Assembly (NCBI GenBank): GCA_964435575.1
Contig: CAYSZS010000001.1
Coordinates: 43,206 to 107,205 of the forward strand
Source of the DNA: an uncultured Gammaproteobacteria bacterium
Lineage (GTDB): Bacteria; Patescibacteriota; Microgenomatia; UBA8517
Length of the DNA stretch: 64,000 nucleotides
Direction of reading: 5' to 3'
The notes under the pieces: model-generated
Told to the model about the DNA's origin: nothing
The model's database searches: none
Seen by the model: the letters and a program-made list of their open reading frames with translations, nothing else
Position numbers and translations under genes: made by a program
Part shown: one piece after another, positions 9,474 to 18,797 of the stretch
Layout of the letters: every line of letters starts with the position of its first letter
Numbering within the stretch: the stretch's first letter is position 1

Positions 9474-10673
9474 ATGCTTACAAAATTAAGACGGGTTATC
9501 GCGATAATATTAGTTTTAACTCTACTTTGGGGTAGGGGAATTTCGTTTGTCAAAGCAGAAGAGTTTGTGATAACCGATAACGGCTCCGGTTCTTCAAATG
9601 AAGTAAATATTACGCAAGAAAGTCAGACGACGATAACACAAACTAATGCCGGCGAGACTTCTAACAGTGTTGATACAAATACAAATACGGGCGGTAATTC
9701 AGTTTCTGAAAATACAAATGGGGATACCTCGATTACAACAGGAGAGGCAGCCAGTCAGGTAGAGATAGAAAATAGTGGAAACACTTCGACTGTAAATGTA
9801 GGTTGTTGTCCCTCTCCTACAGATGCAACAATTTCGGGAAACGGAAGCGATTCGGCAAATGCTATTAATGTTGCCTCTTCAAATAGTACAACTATTACCT
9901 CGAATCAGACTGCAGTAGTTATGAATAATATCAACGGAACAGCTTCGACAGGTTCAAATTCGGCTAATTGGAATACTAGCGGAAGCGTATCAATCACAAC
10001 GGGAAATATTTATGCCAGTGTAAACCTCATAAATGATCCGATAAATACGAGTTCCGTTAGTGTAAGGAGCGGCGATCCAACTTTAATAGCGAAAATTTCA
10101 GGAAACGGCAGTGAATCGATAAACGATATCAATGCTGATTTTACAAATGATCTAAATGTTTATACCAATTTCTCCGCAGATATTAAGAATTATCTATTGT
10201 GGGACCTGGAAACAGGAGGAAATCAAGCTAATGGAAATTCTGGTGGGAGCGTGACAATAAAAACAGGGGACATTGACTTAGAAGTTTTTATTAAAAACTT
10301 TGTAAATTTAGGTAATGTTGAAGTAGATTGTTGTTTTGATCCTGGAAAACCAAAGGACGAAGAGCCTAAAGAGGAACCGAAAGATGAAGATGGCGGTAAC
10401 GGCGGGAATGGCGGCGGCGGCGGTGGGGGCGGCGGCGGCGGAGGAGGAGGACAGATATTACCCGAAGCGGCCGCAACTCAGGCGGGGGGTCCTGGAATAA
10501 TTGGTTTATCCGATACTTCAAGTGAAGGTGCTCAAGCTCTATTTTTCTTCATTGCCCTTACCATGATTTCTTTGGGGGGTAAGATAGTTGTTGATGAATT
10601 ATTCCCTCAAAAAAACTTTGCTTCTTTAAAAAAAAGTTTCCGACTAGTAGAGTCTCCGACTCGGAGAGAGTAA
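9474..10673 (+). CDS. Secreted N/T/G-rich repeat protein, paralog C. It has a poly-Gly tract and a C-terminal hydrophobic anchor.
   Basis: Signal peptide present. It carries GNGS(D/E)S(A/I)N(A/D)IN modules and CC motifs (VGCCPSPT, VDCCFDPG). A GGNGGNGGGGGGGGGGGGGG run is followed by ILPEAAAT and then the TM segment ALFFFIALTMISLGG. Confidence 0.85.
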   Translation: MLTKLRRVIAIILVLTLLWGRGISFVKAEEFVITDNGSGSSNEVNITQESQTTITQTNAGETSNSVDTNTNTGGNSVSENTNGDTSITTGEAASQVEIENSGNTSTVNVGCCPSPTDATISGNGSDSANAINVASSNSTTITSNQTAVVMNNINGTASTGSNSANWNTSGSVSITTGNIYASVNLINDPINTSSVSVRSGDPTLIAKISGNGSESINDINADFTNDLNVYTNFSADIKNYLLWDLETGGNQANGNSGGSVTIKTGDIDLEVFIKNFVNLGNVEVDCCFDPGKPKDEEPKEEPKDEDGGNGGNGGGGGGGGGGGGGGQILPEAAATQAGGPGIIGLSDTSSEGAQALFFFIALTMISLGGKIVVDELFPQKNFASLKKSFRLVESPTRRE

Positions 10674-10685
10674 AATAAGCTTCTT

Positions 10686-11240
10686 ATGAAGAATGTAACT
10701 TCGGTACCTAAGATTACACTGGGTATTTCACTTTTATTTTTGGGCATGTTACTTTTTTTGGGAGGAAAAGTATCGCCAAGTTCTCAAAGCATAAGTTTTG
10801 AGAGCGAACCTGTAAAGGTAGAAAAACTTTCAAGCGATGAAGTTGATGATGCTAAAATTCCCAAAAGAATTATTATTCCACGATTGAGCTTAGACTTGGA
10901 AGTTAAAAAAGCAGATATTGTCAACGGATATTGGGAGGTGTTTCCCGATACCGCAGCCTGGGGATCGGGATCTGGAATTCCAGGAGAAAAAGGAAATCAA
11001 ATTATATTTGCTCATGCGAGAGAGGGACTCTTTTTACCACTTCAATCAATTAAAGTAGGTGTGAAATTATATATCTTAAGCGATTTGGGATGGTTCCAAT
11101 ATGAGGTTAGGGAGATAAAAGAAGTATATCCTAATCAGATTGAGGTGATTGCGCCGACCGAAGATGAAACACTCACTCTTTACACCTGTAGCGGGTTCTC
11201 TGACTCAAAAAGGCTAATAGTCATTGCAAAAAGAGTTTAG
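10686..11240 (+). CDS. Sortase family transpeptidase
   Basis: N-terminal TM anchor. The active-site motifs are the His (IIFAHAR), the Cys (TLTLYTCSG, matching the sortase TLxTC signature) and a downstream Arg (SKRLIVIAKRV). The overall arrangement parallels SrtA. Confidence 0.85.
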   Translation: MKNVTSVPKITLGISLLFLGMLLFLGGKVSPSSQSISFESEPVKVEKLSSDEVDDAKIPKRIIIPRLSLDLEVKKADIVNGYWEVFPDTAAWGSGSGIPGEKGNQIIFAHAREGLFLPLQSIKVGVKLYILSDLGWFQYEVREIKEVYPNQIEVIAPTEDETLTLYTCSGFSDSKRLIVIAKRV

Positions 11241-11284
11241 AATTCTCTTGAAAGAGTGCCTTCGAAAGTTTAAGATAAGAGGAA

Positions 11285-12244
11285 ATGAATACTGTTGCAG
11301 TTACGCTATCCCATTTTCTTTTTCCAAGGCATAGTAATAATCACAAGGCAAAACTACTACACTCGACCTCTTTAATGCTCTTGGCTCTTTTTTTGATCTT
11401 CTATCAGGTAATCTTGCATGCTCTTCCTTTGACTGGTATCAGAATTTTGGGATATGCCGCCAATATTCCTACAAGCGAGGTAATTAATCTGACAAATCAA
11501 AAAAGGGCCGAAAATGGTGTAGCCAGCCTATCTACGAGTGTGCTTTTAACCGAAGCGGCTAGACTCAAAGGTGAGCATATGCTTGTCAATGATTATTGGG
11601 CTCATACGGCTCCTGATGGAACTGAACCCTGGACATTTTTTACCGATGTTGGATATAAATATAGGTACGCCGGAGAGAATTTGGCTCGTGACTTCTCTAA
11701 TCCCAATTCGGCAATAGAGGCTTGGTTGGCCTCTCCTTCTCATCGGGAAAATATGCTATCAGGTAAATATAAAGAAATAGGCGTTGCTGTTGTTGAGGGA
11801 GATTTAGGAGGAGTGGATACTACAATAATTGTTTCGTTTTTCGGTACAAATATTTCCGATACCACCTCACAGGTTCCTGTAGTTGCTGCTAAACCCCAAA
11901 TCGAGGTAACTCCGACGCCGCAATCATTAGCGACATTTACTCCAACCCCGCCGTATCTTGCTGGGGTTGTCACTCCAACCCAAGGCATTGAGAAGATAAT
12001 AACATTGGAAGAACCAGTTCAGGAAAGGGCAGGTAGATATCAAATTCTATTTTCTCCTTTTGAATCCACAAAAGAAGTAGCCGTGGCTACCACGGTTTTA
12101 CTTCTTGTTGTGTTAATTATTGACGGAATAATAGTTACCAGGAGAAATATCACAAGAATTGGAGGAAGAACATTTGCTCATATTGCTTTTTTGGGAATGA
12201 TTTTGGCCATACTTTTAATTGCGAAAGTGGGAGAAATACTTTAA
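11285..12244 (+). CDS. Secreted CAP/SCP/PR-1-like domain protein with a Pro/Thr linker and C-terminal TM segments
   Basis: The CAP-domain motifs are GEHMLVNDYWAH, HRENMLSGKYKEIGVAVVEG and GENLA. A PT-rich linker (TPTPQSLATFTPTPP) and C-terminal hydrophobic helices follow. Confidence 0.8.
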   Translation: MNTVAVTLSHFLFPRHSNNHKAKLLHSTSLMLLALFLIFYQVILHALPLTGIRILGYAANIPTSEVINLTNQKRAENGVASLSTSVLLTEAARLKGEHMLVNDYWAHTAPDGTEPWTFFTDVGYKYRYAGENLARDFSNPNSAIEAWLASPSHRENMLSGKYKEIGVAVVEGDLGGVDTTIIVSFFGTNISDTTSQVPVVAAKPQIEVTPTPQSLATFTPTPPYLAGVVTPTQGIEKIITLEEPVQERAGRYQILFSPFESTKEVAVATTVLLLVVLIIDGIIVTRRNITRIGGRTFAHIAFLGMILAILLIAKVGEIL

Positions 12245-12515
12245 ATACAATATTATGAGGGAGATTACGCATCACTTACGACATTACCTTCCCCTTTTGG
12301 GCATACTTATTGCGGCAATTTCCGGTTTCATGATTTTCTCATGGGATCGGGTATTTCAATTTGTTGTTGTCGTTGCTGCTAGCCTGGGTTACTTTGTCTG
12401 GGGTTTGGTACATCACCATATTCACAAAGATTTACATCCCAGTGTGGTTGTGGAATACTTTGCAATTGCAATTTTAGGAATTGTAATTGTTTTTAGTTTA
12501 CTTTTCAGAGTTTGA
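12219..12515 (+). CDS. Small two-TM hypothetical membrane protein with a His-rich motif
   Basis: Contains LVHHHIHKDLH between two hydrophobic helices. No known family. Confidence 0.35.
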   Translation: MRKWEKYFKYNIMREITHHLRHYLPLLGILIAAISGFMIFSWDRVFQFVVVVAASLGYFVWGLVHHHIHKDLHPSVVVEYFAIAILGIVIVFSLLFRV

Positions 12516-13482
12516 GGGTTTTCAAAAAGTGAGCGAACTCGCGTCCGATGTCCTTACGCTTAAGCGCAAATTTCACTTGTGTTTGCATGTAGGTTAGGGG
12601 GTCTCCTGTTGTCATCCACTCACCGACTATTGGTTGAGCGATTACCCTTTCTCCTTTTGCTACAAGTCTATTGAGTATATCGATAATCCAAAGTTCATTT
12701 CCCTTTCCCAGAGGCGTTTTTTTTGCCTCACGGATAACATCGTAAGTGAATATAAATCTTCCGAATTGGGCCATATTTGACGGAGCCTCATTGGGAGGAA
12801 GTTTTTCGTGGCCCATCTTCATATCATATTTGTACTTAGCATGTTCTTTGTACTCGATACTTGCGTATTTTCCAATTTGATTCCAGTCTACCTCTTGTAC
12901 TGCCAAAACTGCAGAAGGCTTTTCTTTTTCGTAGACATCGATTAACTGCTTGACTACGGGTATTTTTGACAAAGTTAGATCGTCGCCAAACATATATACA
13001 AAAGCTTCGTCGTCGTCAATAAGGTGGGAAACTGTTAATAGCGGAGTTCCATTCCCATACGGCAGGTGTTTGTTTTGTCTGACGTAGGCAAAGTTAGCTA
13101 TTTCCGGAAGATGTTTTATCTGTTCCAATAAAGCTCTTTTGCCGTTTTTTTCCAAGATGTGCTCGAGCTCGACGTGTGTGTCAAAATGATCTTCCATTAT
13201 GCCGTGGCCTGCTTGGGTTACTATTATTATGTCCTCGATGCCAGAATTAACACACTCGTCGACGACATGATGAATTATAGGCTTATCAATTATAGGAAAC
13301 ATCTGTTTGGGAACGTTTTTGCTTGCTGGAAGAAAGCGTGTGCCATAACCGGCGACAGCAATCACGGCCTTTTTAATTTTGGGGAAGTTCTTTTTCACAA
13401 GTTGTAAAATTATACCAAATGCGACACGAATATATAAGATTAATTCGAAAGGGCGCATTCGGGCAGCAATTGCCAAAGGCAA
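12505..13482 (-). CDS. galU: UTP--glucose-1-phosphate uridylyltransferase
   Basis: GalU N-terminal signature AVIAVAGYGTRFLPASKNVPKQMFPIIDKP. The true start is probably the GTG near 13398 (VKKNFPKIKKAVIA...), not the far-upstream ATG. Confidence 0.85.
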   Translation of the reverse strand: MPLAIAARMRPFELILYIRVAFGIILQLVKKNFPKIKKAVIAVAGYGTRFLPASKNVPKQMFPIIDKPIIHHVVDECVNSGIEDIIIVTQAGHGIMEDHFDTHVELEHILEKNGKRALLEQIKHLPEIANFAYVRQNKHLPYGNGTPLLTVSHLIDDDEAFVYMFGDDLTLSKIPVVKQLIDVYEKEKPSAVLAVQEVDWNQIGKYASIEYKEHAKYKYDMKMGHEKLPPNEAPSNMAQFGRFIFTYDVIREAKKTPLGKGNELWIIDILNRLVAKGERVIAQPIVGEWMTTGDPLTYMQTQVKFALKRKDIGREFAHFLKTLKL

Positions 13483-13509
13483 CTTTTTTCGCTATTCGTA
13501 TGCTATAAT

Positions 13510-14019
13510 TTGAGCATGAATAAGCAAAATGGAGAGTTTCATAGCCCAACTAAGGGAGTAGTGACCAACTCGGACATGGTGTCACTGATATCTTCGTTTG
13601 TAGATGAAGAGCCTCACAGTTTCTATCGATTAGTTATAGGGACTGATAGCCAGACTAGGAAAAGTAACGGCGAAACCGAAATAGATTTTGTGACCGCTGT
13701 AATTGTCCATAGAATAGGAAGAGGAGCACGCTACTTTTGGAGAAAAGAAAAGCGAAATGGCCACCCCCCGGTTTTAAGAGATAAAATTTACACAGAGACT
13801 TTAATGAGCTTACAGACTGCTCAGGTAATTGTTCCTGAAATTAGAAAAGTTGTTTCTCCGGCAAAATACGACTTGGAAATCCACATTGATGTAGGACCAT
13901 TGGGGCCTACAAGAGACATGATTAGAGAGGTTGTCGGAATGGTTAATGGGAATGGTTATGTGGCAAAGACAAAACCGGATTCTTGGGGTGCTTCGAGTGT
14001 GGCAGACAAACACACTTAA
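13510..14019 (+). CDS. YkuK/DUF458 family RNase H-like protein
   Basis: FHSPTKGVV ... YRLVIGTDSQ matches the DUF458 IGTDSQ core. Confidence 0.6.
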   Translation: MSMNKQNGEFHSPTKGVVTNSDMVSLISSFVDEEPHSFYRLVIGTDSQTRKSNGETEIDFVTAVIVHRIGRGARYFWRKEKRNGHPPVLRDKIYTETLMSLQTAQVIVPEIRKVVSPAKYDLEIHIDVGPLGPTRDMIREVVGMVNGNGYVAKTKPDSWGASSVADKHT

Positions 14020-14115
14020 CCAATTTCTATAAAGTTGGAATAACTAAATTCCAAATGACAAGTTCCAAACAAATTTTAAAAATTTAGATTTAGAACTTCA
14101 TTTGATATTTGATTT

Positions 14116-14571
14116 TTGAAATTTGGACTTTATCTCATGAAATATAGATTTCTTCCAAATATCGCTACTGCTGATCTTGCTTTTGAAGCCTTCGGACGGG
14201 ACTACAACGAACTTTTTGAAAATGCCGGACTTGCTCTGGAGTCTGCGATGGTTGATTTGATATCCTTAAAGGCTCGGGAAGTCAAGGAAATAAAGCTAGA
14301 AGGCGAAAATTTAGAGGCCCTACTCTCCTCATTTCTAGAAGAGCTTGTATTTATAAAAGATTCGGAACAGCTTTTGTTTAATAATATATTATGCGATGTA
14401 AAACAGATGGGTGGTGGAAGGTGGAGAGTGGACGCTAAGTTGGGTGGAGAGAAGATTGATAGAAAGAAACACAAATTAGGAGTTGATGTCAAAGCGGTCA
14501 CAAAGCACCTTTTCAAAATCGAAGTACGTCCAGACAAGACCTATCATTGCCAAGTTATTTTAGACGTTTAG
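14116..14571 (+). CDS. Archease (RtcB activator / RNA-processing chaperone)
   Basis: MKYRFLPNIATADLAFEAFGRDYNELFENAGLALESAMVD matches the archease N-terminus (ExxxHTADxxxxAxGxxLEExFxxAA). It sits immediately upstream of rtcB. Confidence 0.8.
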   Translation: MKFGLYLMKYRFLPNIATADLAFEAFGRDYNELFENAGLALESAMVDLISLKAREVKEIKLEGENLEALLSSFLEELVFIKDSEQLLFNNILCDVKQMGGGRWRVDAKLGGEKIDRKKHKLGVDVKAVTKHLFKIEVRPDKTYHCQVILDV

Positions 14572-14651
14572 TTAATTCTATATTGCTATGTAGCGATGTA
14601 TCAAATTGAACCTAAAAACCTGACGATTTATTGATGGTAAAATAGATTATT

Positions 14652-16112
14652 GTGGATGCAAAATTTCTTTCCGAGTTTAAGGAAATAGAAAAGGGGATTT
14701 GGGATCTTCCGAAAAGTTATAAGTTAGGCATGCGGGTTCCTCTTCGAATCGTTGCCACCGAAAAACTTCTGAAAGAAATGGATGACGGAGCCGTCCAGCA
14801 GGGTATAAACGTATCCCAGCTCCCCGGGATAGTTGGTGCTTCTTTAATGATGCCTGATGCCCACTGGGGTTACGGCTTCCCAATCGGAGGCGTTGCCGCA
14901 TTTGACCTTAAAACCGGAATTTTGTCACCGGGTGGAATTGGTTTCGACATAAATTGTGGAATGAGATTACTGACGACGAATTTAACTGAAGAGGAAGTTC
15001 GGCCAAGGATTGTACAAATTGTAAATGAGCTTTTTGACGCAGTCCCGACCGGCGTGGGCGGTAGCGGAATTATAAGGTTGTCCAAAAAAGAGTTTAAAGA
15101 TGTGATGGTTAAGGGAGCGGCGTGGGCAGTTGAAAAAGGGCTTGGCTGGAAAGAAGACGTGCTACATATTGAGGAGGAAGGTAGTATCAAGGAAGCAGAT
15201 CCGGAAGCTGTATCCGACCGCGCAATAGCACGGGGTATAAATCAATTGGGAACTCTCGGAAGCGGTAATCATTATTTAGAAGTACAGAAAGTTGAAACAA
15301 TATTTGACCAGAATTTAGCTGATGAGCTGGGTATCTTACAAAGAGGCCAAGTCGTTGTCATGATTCATTGTGGGAGTCGTGGATTCGGACACCAGGTTGG
15401 GACAGATTATCTAAACACTTTTGAGCCTGCTATGAAAAAGTACGCAATCATAGTACCCGATAGACAACTTGCTTGTATGCCAATTAGTTCCCCCGAAGGC
15501 AAAGAGTATTTTGCTGCAATGGCAGCTGCTGCTAATAATGCTTTTTGCAATCGCCAAGTAATCGCCCATAAAGTCCGCGAAGTTTTTGCCCATGTTTTTG
15601 GAAAATCCGCCGAAGACTTGGAAATGGATTTGGTCTATGATGTAGCACATAATATAGCCAAAGTGGAAAAATTCCAAATCCCGAATTCCAAATCCCAAAT
15701 AAATTCAATATCTAAAAAATCAAAAACGAAAACGGTGGAGGTAATGGTGCACCGTAAAGGTGCTTCTAGAAGCTACCCAAACCAGCCTGTGATATTGGGT
15801 GGTTCGATGGAAACAGGGTCGTATCTTTTAATGGGCACAGAGGGCGCAATGCAGAAAACATTTGGTTCGACAGCGCACGGTTCGGGTCGTACAATGAGTA
15901 GAACACAAGCCAAGAGAGAGGTGCGAGGGGAGGATCTGCAAAAGAAGATGAAAAAACATGGGATTTATGTCAAATCAGCCTCATTTTCGGGACTTGCTGA
16001 AGAAGCGGGCTTTGCATATAAAGACATCAACGAAGTCGTAACCGCACTCTCTACAGCCGACACCTCCCAACCGGTTGCTTCTTTTAAACCCTTGGGGAAT
16101 ATAAAAGGTTGA
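14652..16112 (+). CDS. rtcB: RNA-splicing ligase RtcB (3'-phosphate/5'-hydroxyl RNA ligase)
   Basis: GTG start. The motifs are HWGYGFPIGGVAAFD, GGIGFDINCGMRLL, GSGNHYLEVQ, HCGSRGFGHQV and HRKGASR. It contains a low-complexity insertion (FQIPNSKSQINSISKKSKTKT) relative to canonical RtcB. Confidence 0.9.
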   Translation: MDAKFLSEFKEIEKGIWDLPKSYKLGMRVPLRIVATEKLLKEMDDGAVQQGINVSQLPGIVGASLMMPDAHWGYGFPIGGVAAFDLKTGILSPGGIGFDINCGMRLLTTNLTEEEVRPRIVQIVNELFDAVPTGVGGSGIIRLSKKEFKDVMVKGAAWAVEKGLGWKEDVLHIEEEGSIKEADPEAVSDRAIARGINQLGTLGSGNHYLEVQKVETIFDQNLADELGILQRGQVVVMIHCGSRGFGHQVGTDYLNTFEPAMKKYAIIVPDRQLACMPISSPEGKEYFAAMAAAANNAFCNRQVIAHKVREVFAHVFGKSAEDLEMDLVYDVAHNIAKVEKFQIPNSKSQINSISKKSKTKTVEVMVHRKGASRSYPNQPVILGGSMETGSYLLMGTEGAMQKTFGSTAHGSGRTMSRTQAKREVRGEDLQKKMKKHGIYVKSASFSGLAEEAGFAYKDINEVVTALSTADTSQPVASFKPLGNIKG

Positions 16113-16138
16113 TTAATTAGAATCGCGCATATTTAAGG

Positions 16139-16357
16139 TTAACTGTCGGCCTGATTGGTTATTTCTAAAGTCGAATCTGCCGGAGTACTCGCACGAGGAT
16201 ATATGTCTAGAGTTTCTTCGGTTGCTGGGTTGTTCGGATCGCCCGGTAATCCCATTTCCTTCCACATCCTTTCGCGGAGTGTTAACTCCGGTGGCTTATT
16301 GCTTAGTATTACCGGCCTGTAATCGTTTCCCGGATTATCGTGTTCAGACAATTTCAT
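16139..16357 (-). CDS. Hypothetical small protein (72 aa) in the rtcB-rmlA intergenic region
   Basis: Only ORF-level evidence. It lies on the minority strand and has no recognisable motifs. Confidence 0.25.
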   Translation of the reverse strand: MKLSEHDNPGNDYRPVILSNKPPELTLRERMWKEMGLPGDPNNPATEETLDIYPRASTPADSTLEITNQADS

Positions 16358-16388
16358 AGTAGATGTATAATATTACAAATGTAGGGTT

Positions 16389-16418
16389 TTGACTATAGTT
16401 TGGGGAATTTGCTATCAT
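16389..16418 (+). promoter_or_regulatory. Candidate promoter (TTGACT-18-TATCAT) for the rml operon
   Basis: Read directly from the sequence. It ends about 9 nt before the rmlA ATG, implying a very short leader. Confidence 0.35.
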
Positions 16419-16427
16419 GCAAACATA

Positions 16428-17204
16428 ATGAAAGGAGTTGTTCTTGCGGGGGGCTTGGGGACTCGGATGTATCCCCTGACTTATGCTACTAACAAACATC
16501 TTCTACCAGTCTTCGATAAGCCGATGATTTTTTTTCCAATTCTGACGCTTGTACAGGCTGGAGTTAAAGAGATTTTAGTTGTCACTTCTGGTCCTCACTC
16601 CGGACACTTCATAAGCGTTTTAAAAAATGGCAAAGAGCTTGGCGTAAAACATATAGAGTACGCATATCAGGAAAATCCTTCTGGCGGAATTGCAGATGCA
16701 CTTTCCTTGGCCGAGGACTTCGCAGACGGGGGGCCGGTAACTGTTATATTGGGCGATAATACGACTGATTCAGATATACGTTCTTCTGTTTCAAAATTTA
16801 AAAAGGGTGCACTTATTTTTTTGAAAAAAGTTCCTTACCCCGAAAGATTCGGGGTTCCCCGTTTTGACAAGAGCGATGTTAGAAAGATTGTAGAGATAAT
16901 TGAGAAGCCTCAAAAGCCTCCCTCACAGTATGCAGTCACGGGCCTCTATATTTATGACAACAAGGTTTTCGACTACATTAAAAAACTGAAACCTTCAGGA
17001 AGAGGAGAATTAGAGATAACTGATGTAAATAACCGCTATTTGAATGAAGGTGAGTTAGAATGGGCCGAACTTAAGGGATACTGGCTAGACGCGGGTACTT
17101 TCGAATCTTTATTATTGGCAAACCTTTTTTGGGCCAAGAAATCTGGTAATAGCAAGTTGGAAGAATTGTTGAAGTACATAAAGAAAAAAAGGATGGAATT
17201 ATGA
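16428..17204 (+). CDS. rmlA: Glucose-1-phosphate thymidylyltransferase (short-form sugar nucleotidyltransferase)
   Basis: MKGVVLAGGLGTRMYPLTYATNKHLLPV carries the nucleotidyltransferase G-loop. It is the first gene of an rmlABCD-type operon. The upstream part of the called ORF (from the TTG at 16389) overlaps a promoter-like TTGACT-18-TATCAT. Confidence 0.75.
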   Translation: MKGVVLAGGLGTRMYPLTYATNKHLLPVFDKPMIFFPILTLVQAGVKEILVVTSGPHSGHFISVLKNGKELGVKHIEYAYQENPSGGIADALSLAEDFADGGPVTVILGDNTTDSDIRSSVSKFKKGALIFLKKVPYPERFGVPRFDKSDVRKIVEIIEKPQKPPSQYAVTGLYIYDNKVFDYIKKLKPSGRGELEITDVNNRYLNEGELEWAELKGYWLDAGTFESLLLANLFWAKKSGNSKLEELLKYIKKKRMEL

Positions 17205-18208
17205 AGCTTCTTGTAACTGGGGGAGCAGGATTTATAGGTAGTAATTTTATAAGATATTGGTTAAAGAAATACCTTAAGGATAAAATTGTAAATCTGGATA
17301 AGTTAACATACGCAGGCCATCTTTCTTCGACCAAAGATTTTGCAGACAATCCTAACTATACATTTATTAAAGGTGATATTTGTGATGTAAAGGTGGTCGA
17401 GGGGGCCATGAAAGGCGTTGACTATGTAGTTCATTTTGCCGCAGAGAGCCATGTCGATCGTTCGATAATCGATCCTACAGTTTTTGTAAGAACAAATGTA
17501 TTAGGGACGAATGTATTACTCGAAGTTGCGCTGAAGAAAAACGTCAAAAGATTTCATTTAGTATCGACTGATGAAGTTTTCGGATCTCTTCTTCTGAATA
17601 GCAAGGAAAAGTTTAGCGAAAAGACGATTTATTCACCCAGAAGCGCTTACGCAGCCTCGAAAGCAGCGGCAGACCACCTAGTTAGAGCTTACTTTATAAC
17701 ATACGGTCTTCCAGGAACCATCACAAATACCTCTAATAATTTTGGTCCCTTTCAGGATCCTGAAAAATTCCTACCACGGATGATCACTAATCTAGTTGAC
17801 AACAAAAAGCTTCCGATTTATGGCGATGGAAAGAACGTCAGGGATTGGATTTATGTTGAGGATCATGTAAGGGCAATTGATATGGTTTTAAAAAAAGGCA
17901 AAATTGGCGAAACATATATAGTCGGTGGCATGACTAACGACATAAATAACTTGGAAGTAGCGAGAAAACTATTGAAAATATTTGGCAAGGATAAAACTTA
18001 TTTAAAATTTGTTAAGGATAGGTCCGGCCATGATAGAAGATATACTATAGATTGGAGTAAAATAAGGCGAGAATTAGACTGGAAGCCAAAGTACGATTTT
18101 GATATATGGCTTGCAAAAACTGTAGAATGGTATAGAGAGAACGATTGGTGGTGGAGACCGTTCAAGAAAAAGGCGGAAGAATTATATGAAAAAACTGGAC
18201 AAAAATAG
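17201..18208 (+). CDS. rmlB: dTDP-glucose 4,6-dehydratase
   Basis: MKLLVTGGAGFIGSNF, the SDR catalytic YAASKAA and 335 aa. This is the typical RmlB arrangement. Confidence 0.9.
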   Translation: MKLLVTGGAGFIGSNFIRYWLKKYLKDKIVNLDKLTYAGHLSSTKDFADNPNYTFIKGDICDVKVVEGAMKGVDYVVHFAAESHVDRSIIDPTVFVRTNVLGTNVLLEVALKKNVKRFHLVSTDEVFGSLLLNSKEKFSEKTIYSPRSAYAASKAAADHLVRAYFITYGLPGTITNTSNNFGPFQDPEKFLPRMITNLVDNKKLPIYGDGKNVRDWIYVEDHVRAIDMVLKKGKIGETYIVGGMTNDINNLEVARKLLKIFGKDKTYLKFVKDRSGHDRRYTIDWSKIRRELDWKPKYDFDIWLAKTVEWYRENDWWWRPFKKKAEELYEKTGQK

Positions 18209-18233
18209 ACGGTGATATAGTAATAATTTTATT

Positions 18234-18794
18234 ATGAAAACATTTAAAAAAGGGAAAGATGTGCAAGACGTTTCTTATGTTTCCGTTGAATGGCTTAAAA
18301 GACAAAAATTTCAAATTCAGAACATATATAAACCACCCACAATAAAGGGAGTTATTTTGAGGGAGTTAAATCCAATACCGGACGGAAGAGGAGACATAAT
18401 TGAACTTTGGAGTGAACCGTGGATTGAGAGTAATGATCTTGTTTATCCCACACATTGTTATCAGAGTGCAACGGATTATGGAGTTACTAAGTGTTGGCAT
18501 TTACACTCGATCCATACGGATCAAATGACTGTGACAAGGGGCAAAATACAAATAGTAATGGTTGATATACGAAAAAATTCGGAAACCTTTGGCCACGTAA
18601 ACTCGGTTTTTATCGGCTTCGAGAAGCCGCGCCTTCTTAAAATTCCACCTGGAATCATGCATGGATGGAAATGCTTATCAATACCAGAAGTATTAGTAGT
18701 AAATTTCCAGTCTCATATATTTGACGCAAGAGATGAGTACAAATTTCCGTGGAACTGTGTGTTAGAGGAAGTTTGGGAACCGAAAAATGGGTAG
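18234..18794 (+). CDS. rmlC: dTDP-4-dehydrorhamnose 3,5-epimerase-like cupin
   Basis: RmlC-like motifs: DGRGDIIELW, HCYQSxxxxGV, VDIRKNSETFG, IPPGIMHG and EYKFPWN. Confidence 0.75.
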   Translation: MKTFKKGKDVQDVSYVSVEWLKRQKFQIQNIYKPPTIKGVILRELNPIPDGRGDIIELWSEPWIESNDLVYPTHCYQSATDYGVTKCWHLHSIHTDQMTVTRGKIQIVMVDIRKNSETFGHVNSVFIGFEKPRLLKIPPGIMHGWKCLSIPEVLVVNFQSHIFDARDEYKFPWNCVLEEVWEPKNG

Positions 18795-18797
18795 GTT

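Noticed and set aside
11546-11988. Two antisense ORFs within the CAP-domain gene
   Set aside because: Embedded antisense ORFs with no support.
13159-13407. 82-aa ORF antisense to galU
   Set aside because: It lies inside a confidently identified GalU CDS on the opposite strand.
14202-15698. Several antisense ORFs within archease and rtcB
   Set aside because: They are embedded in highly conserved genes, with no independent evidence.
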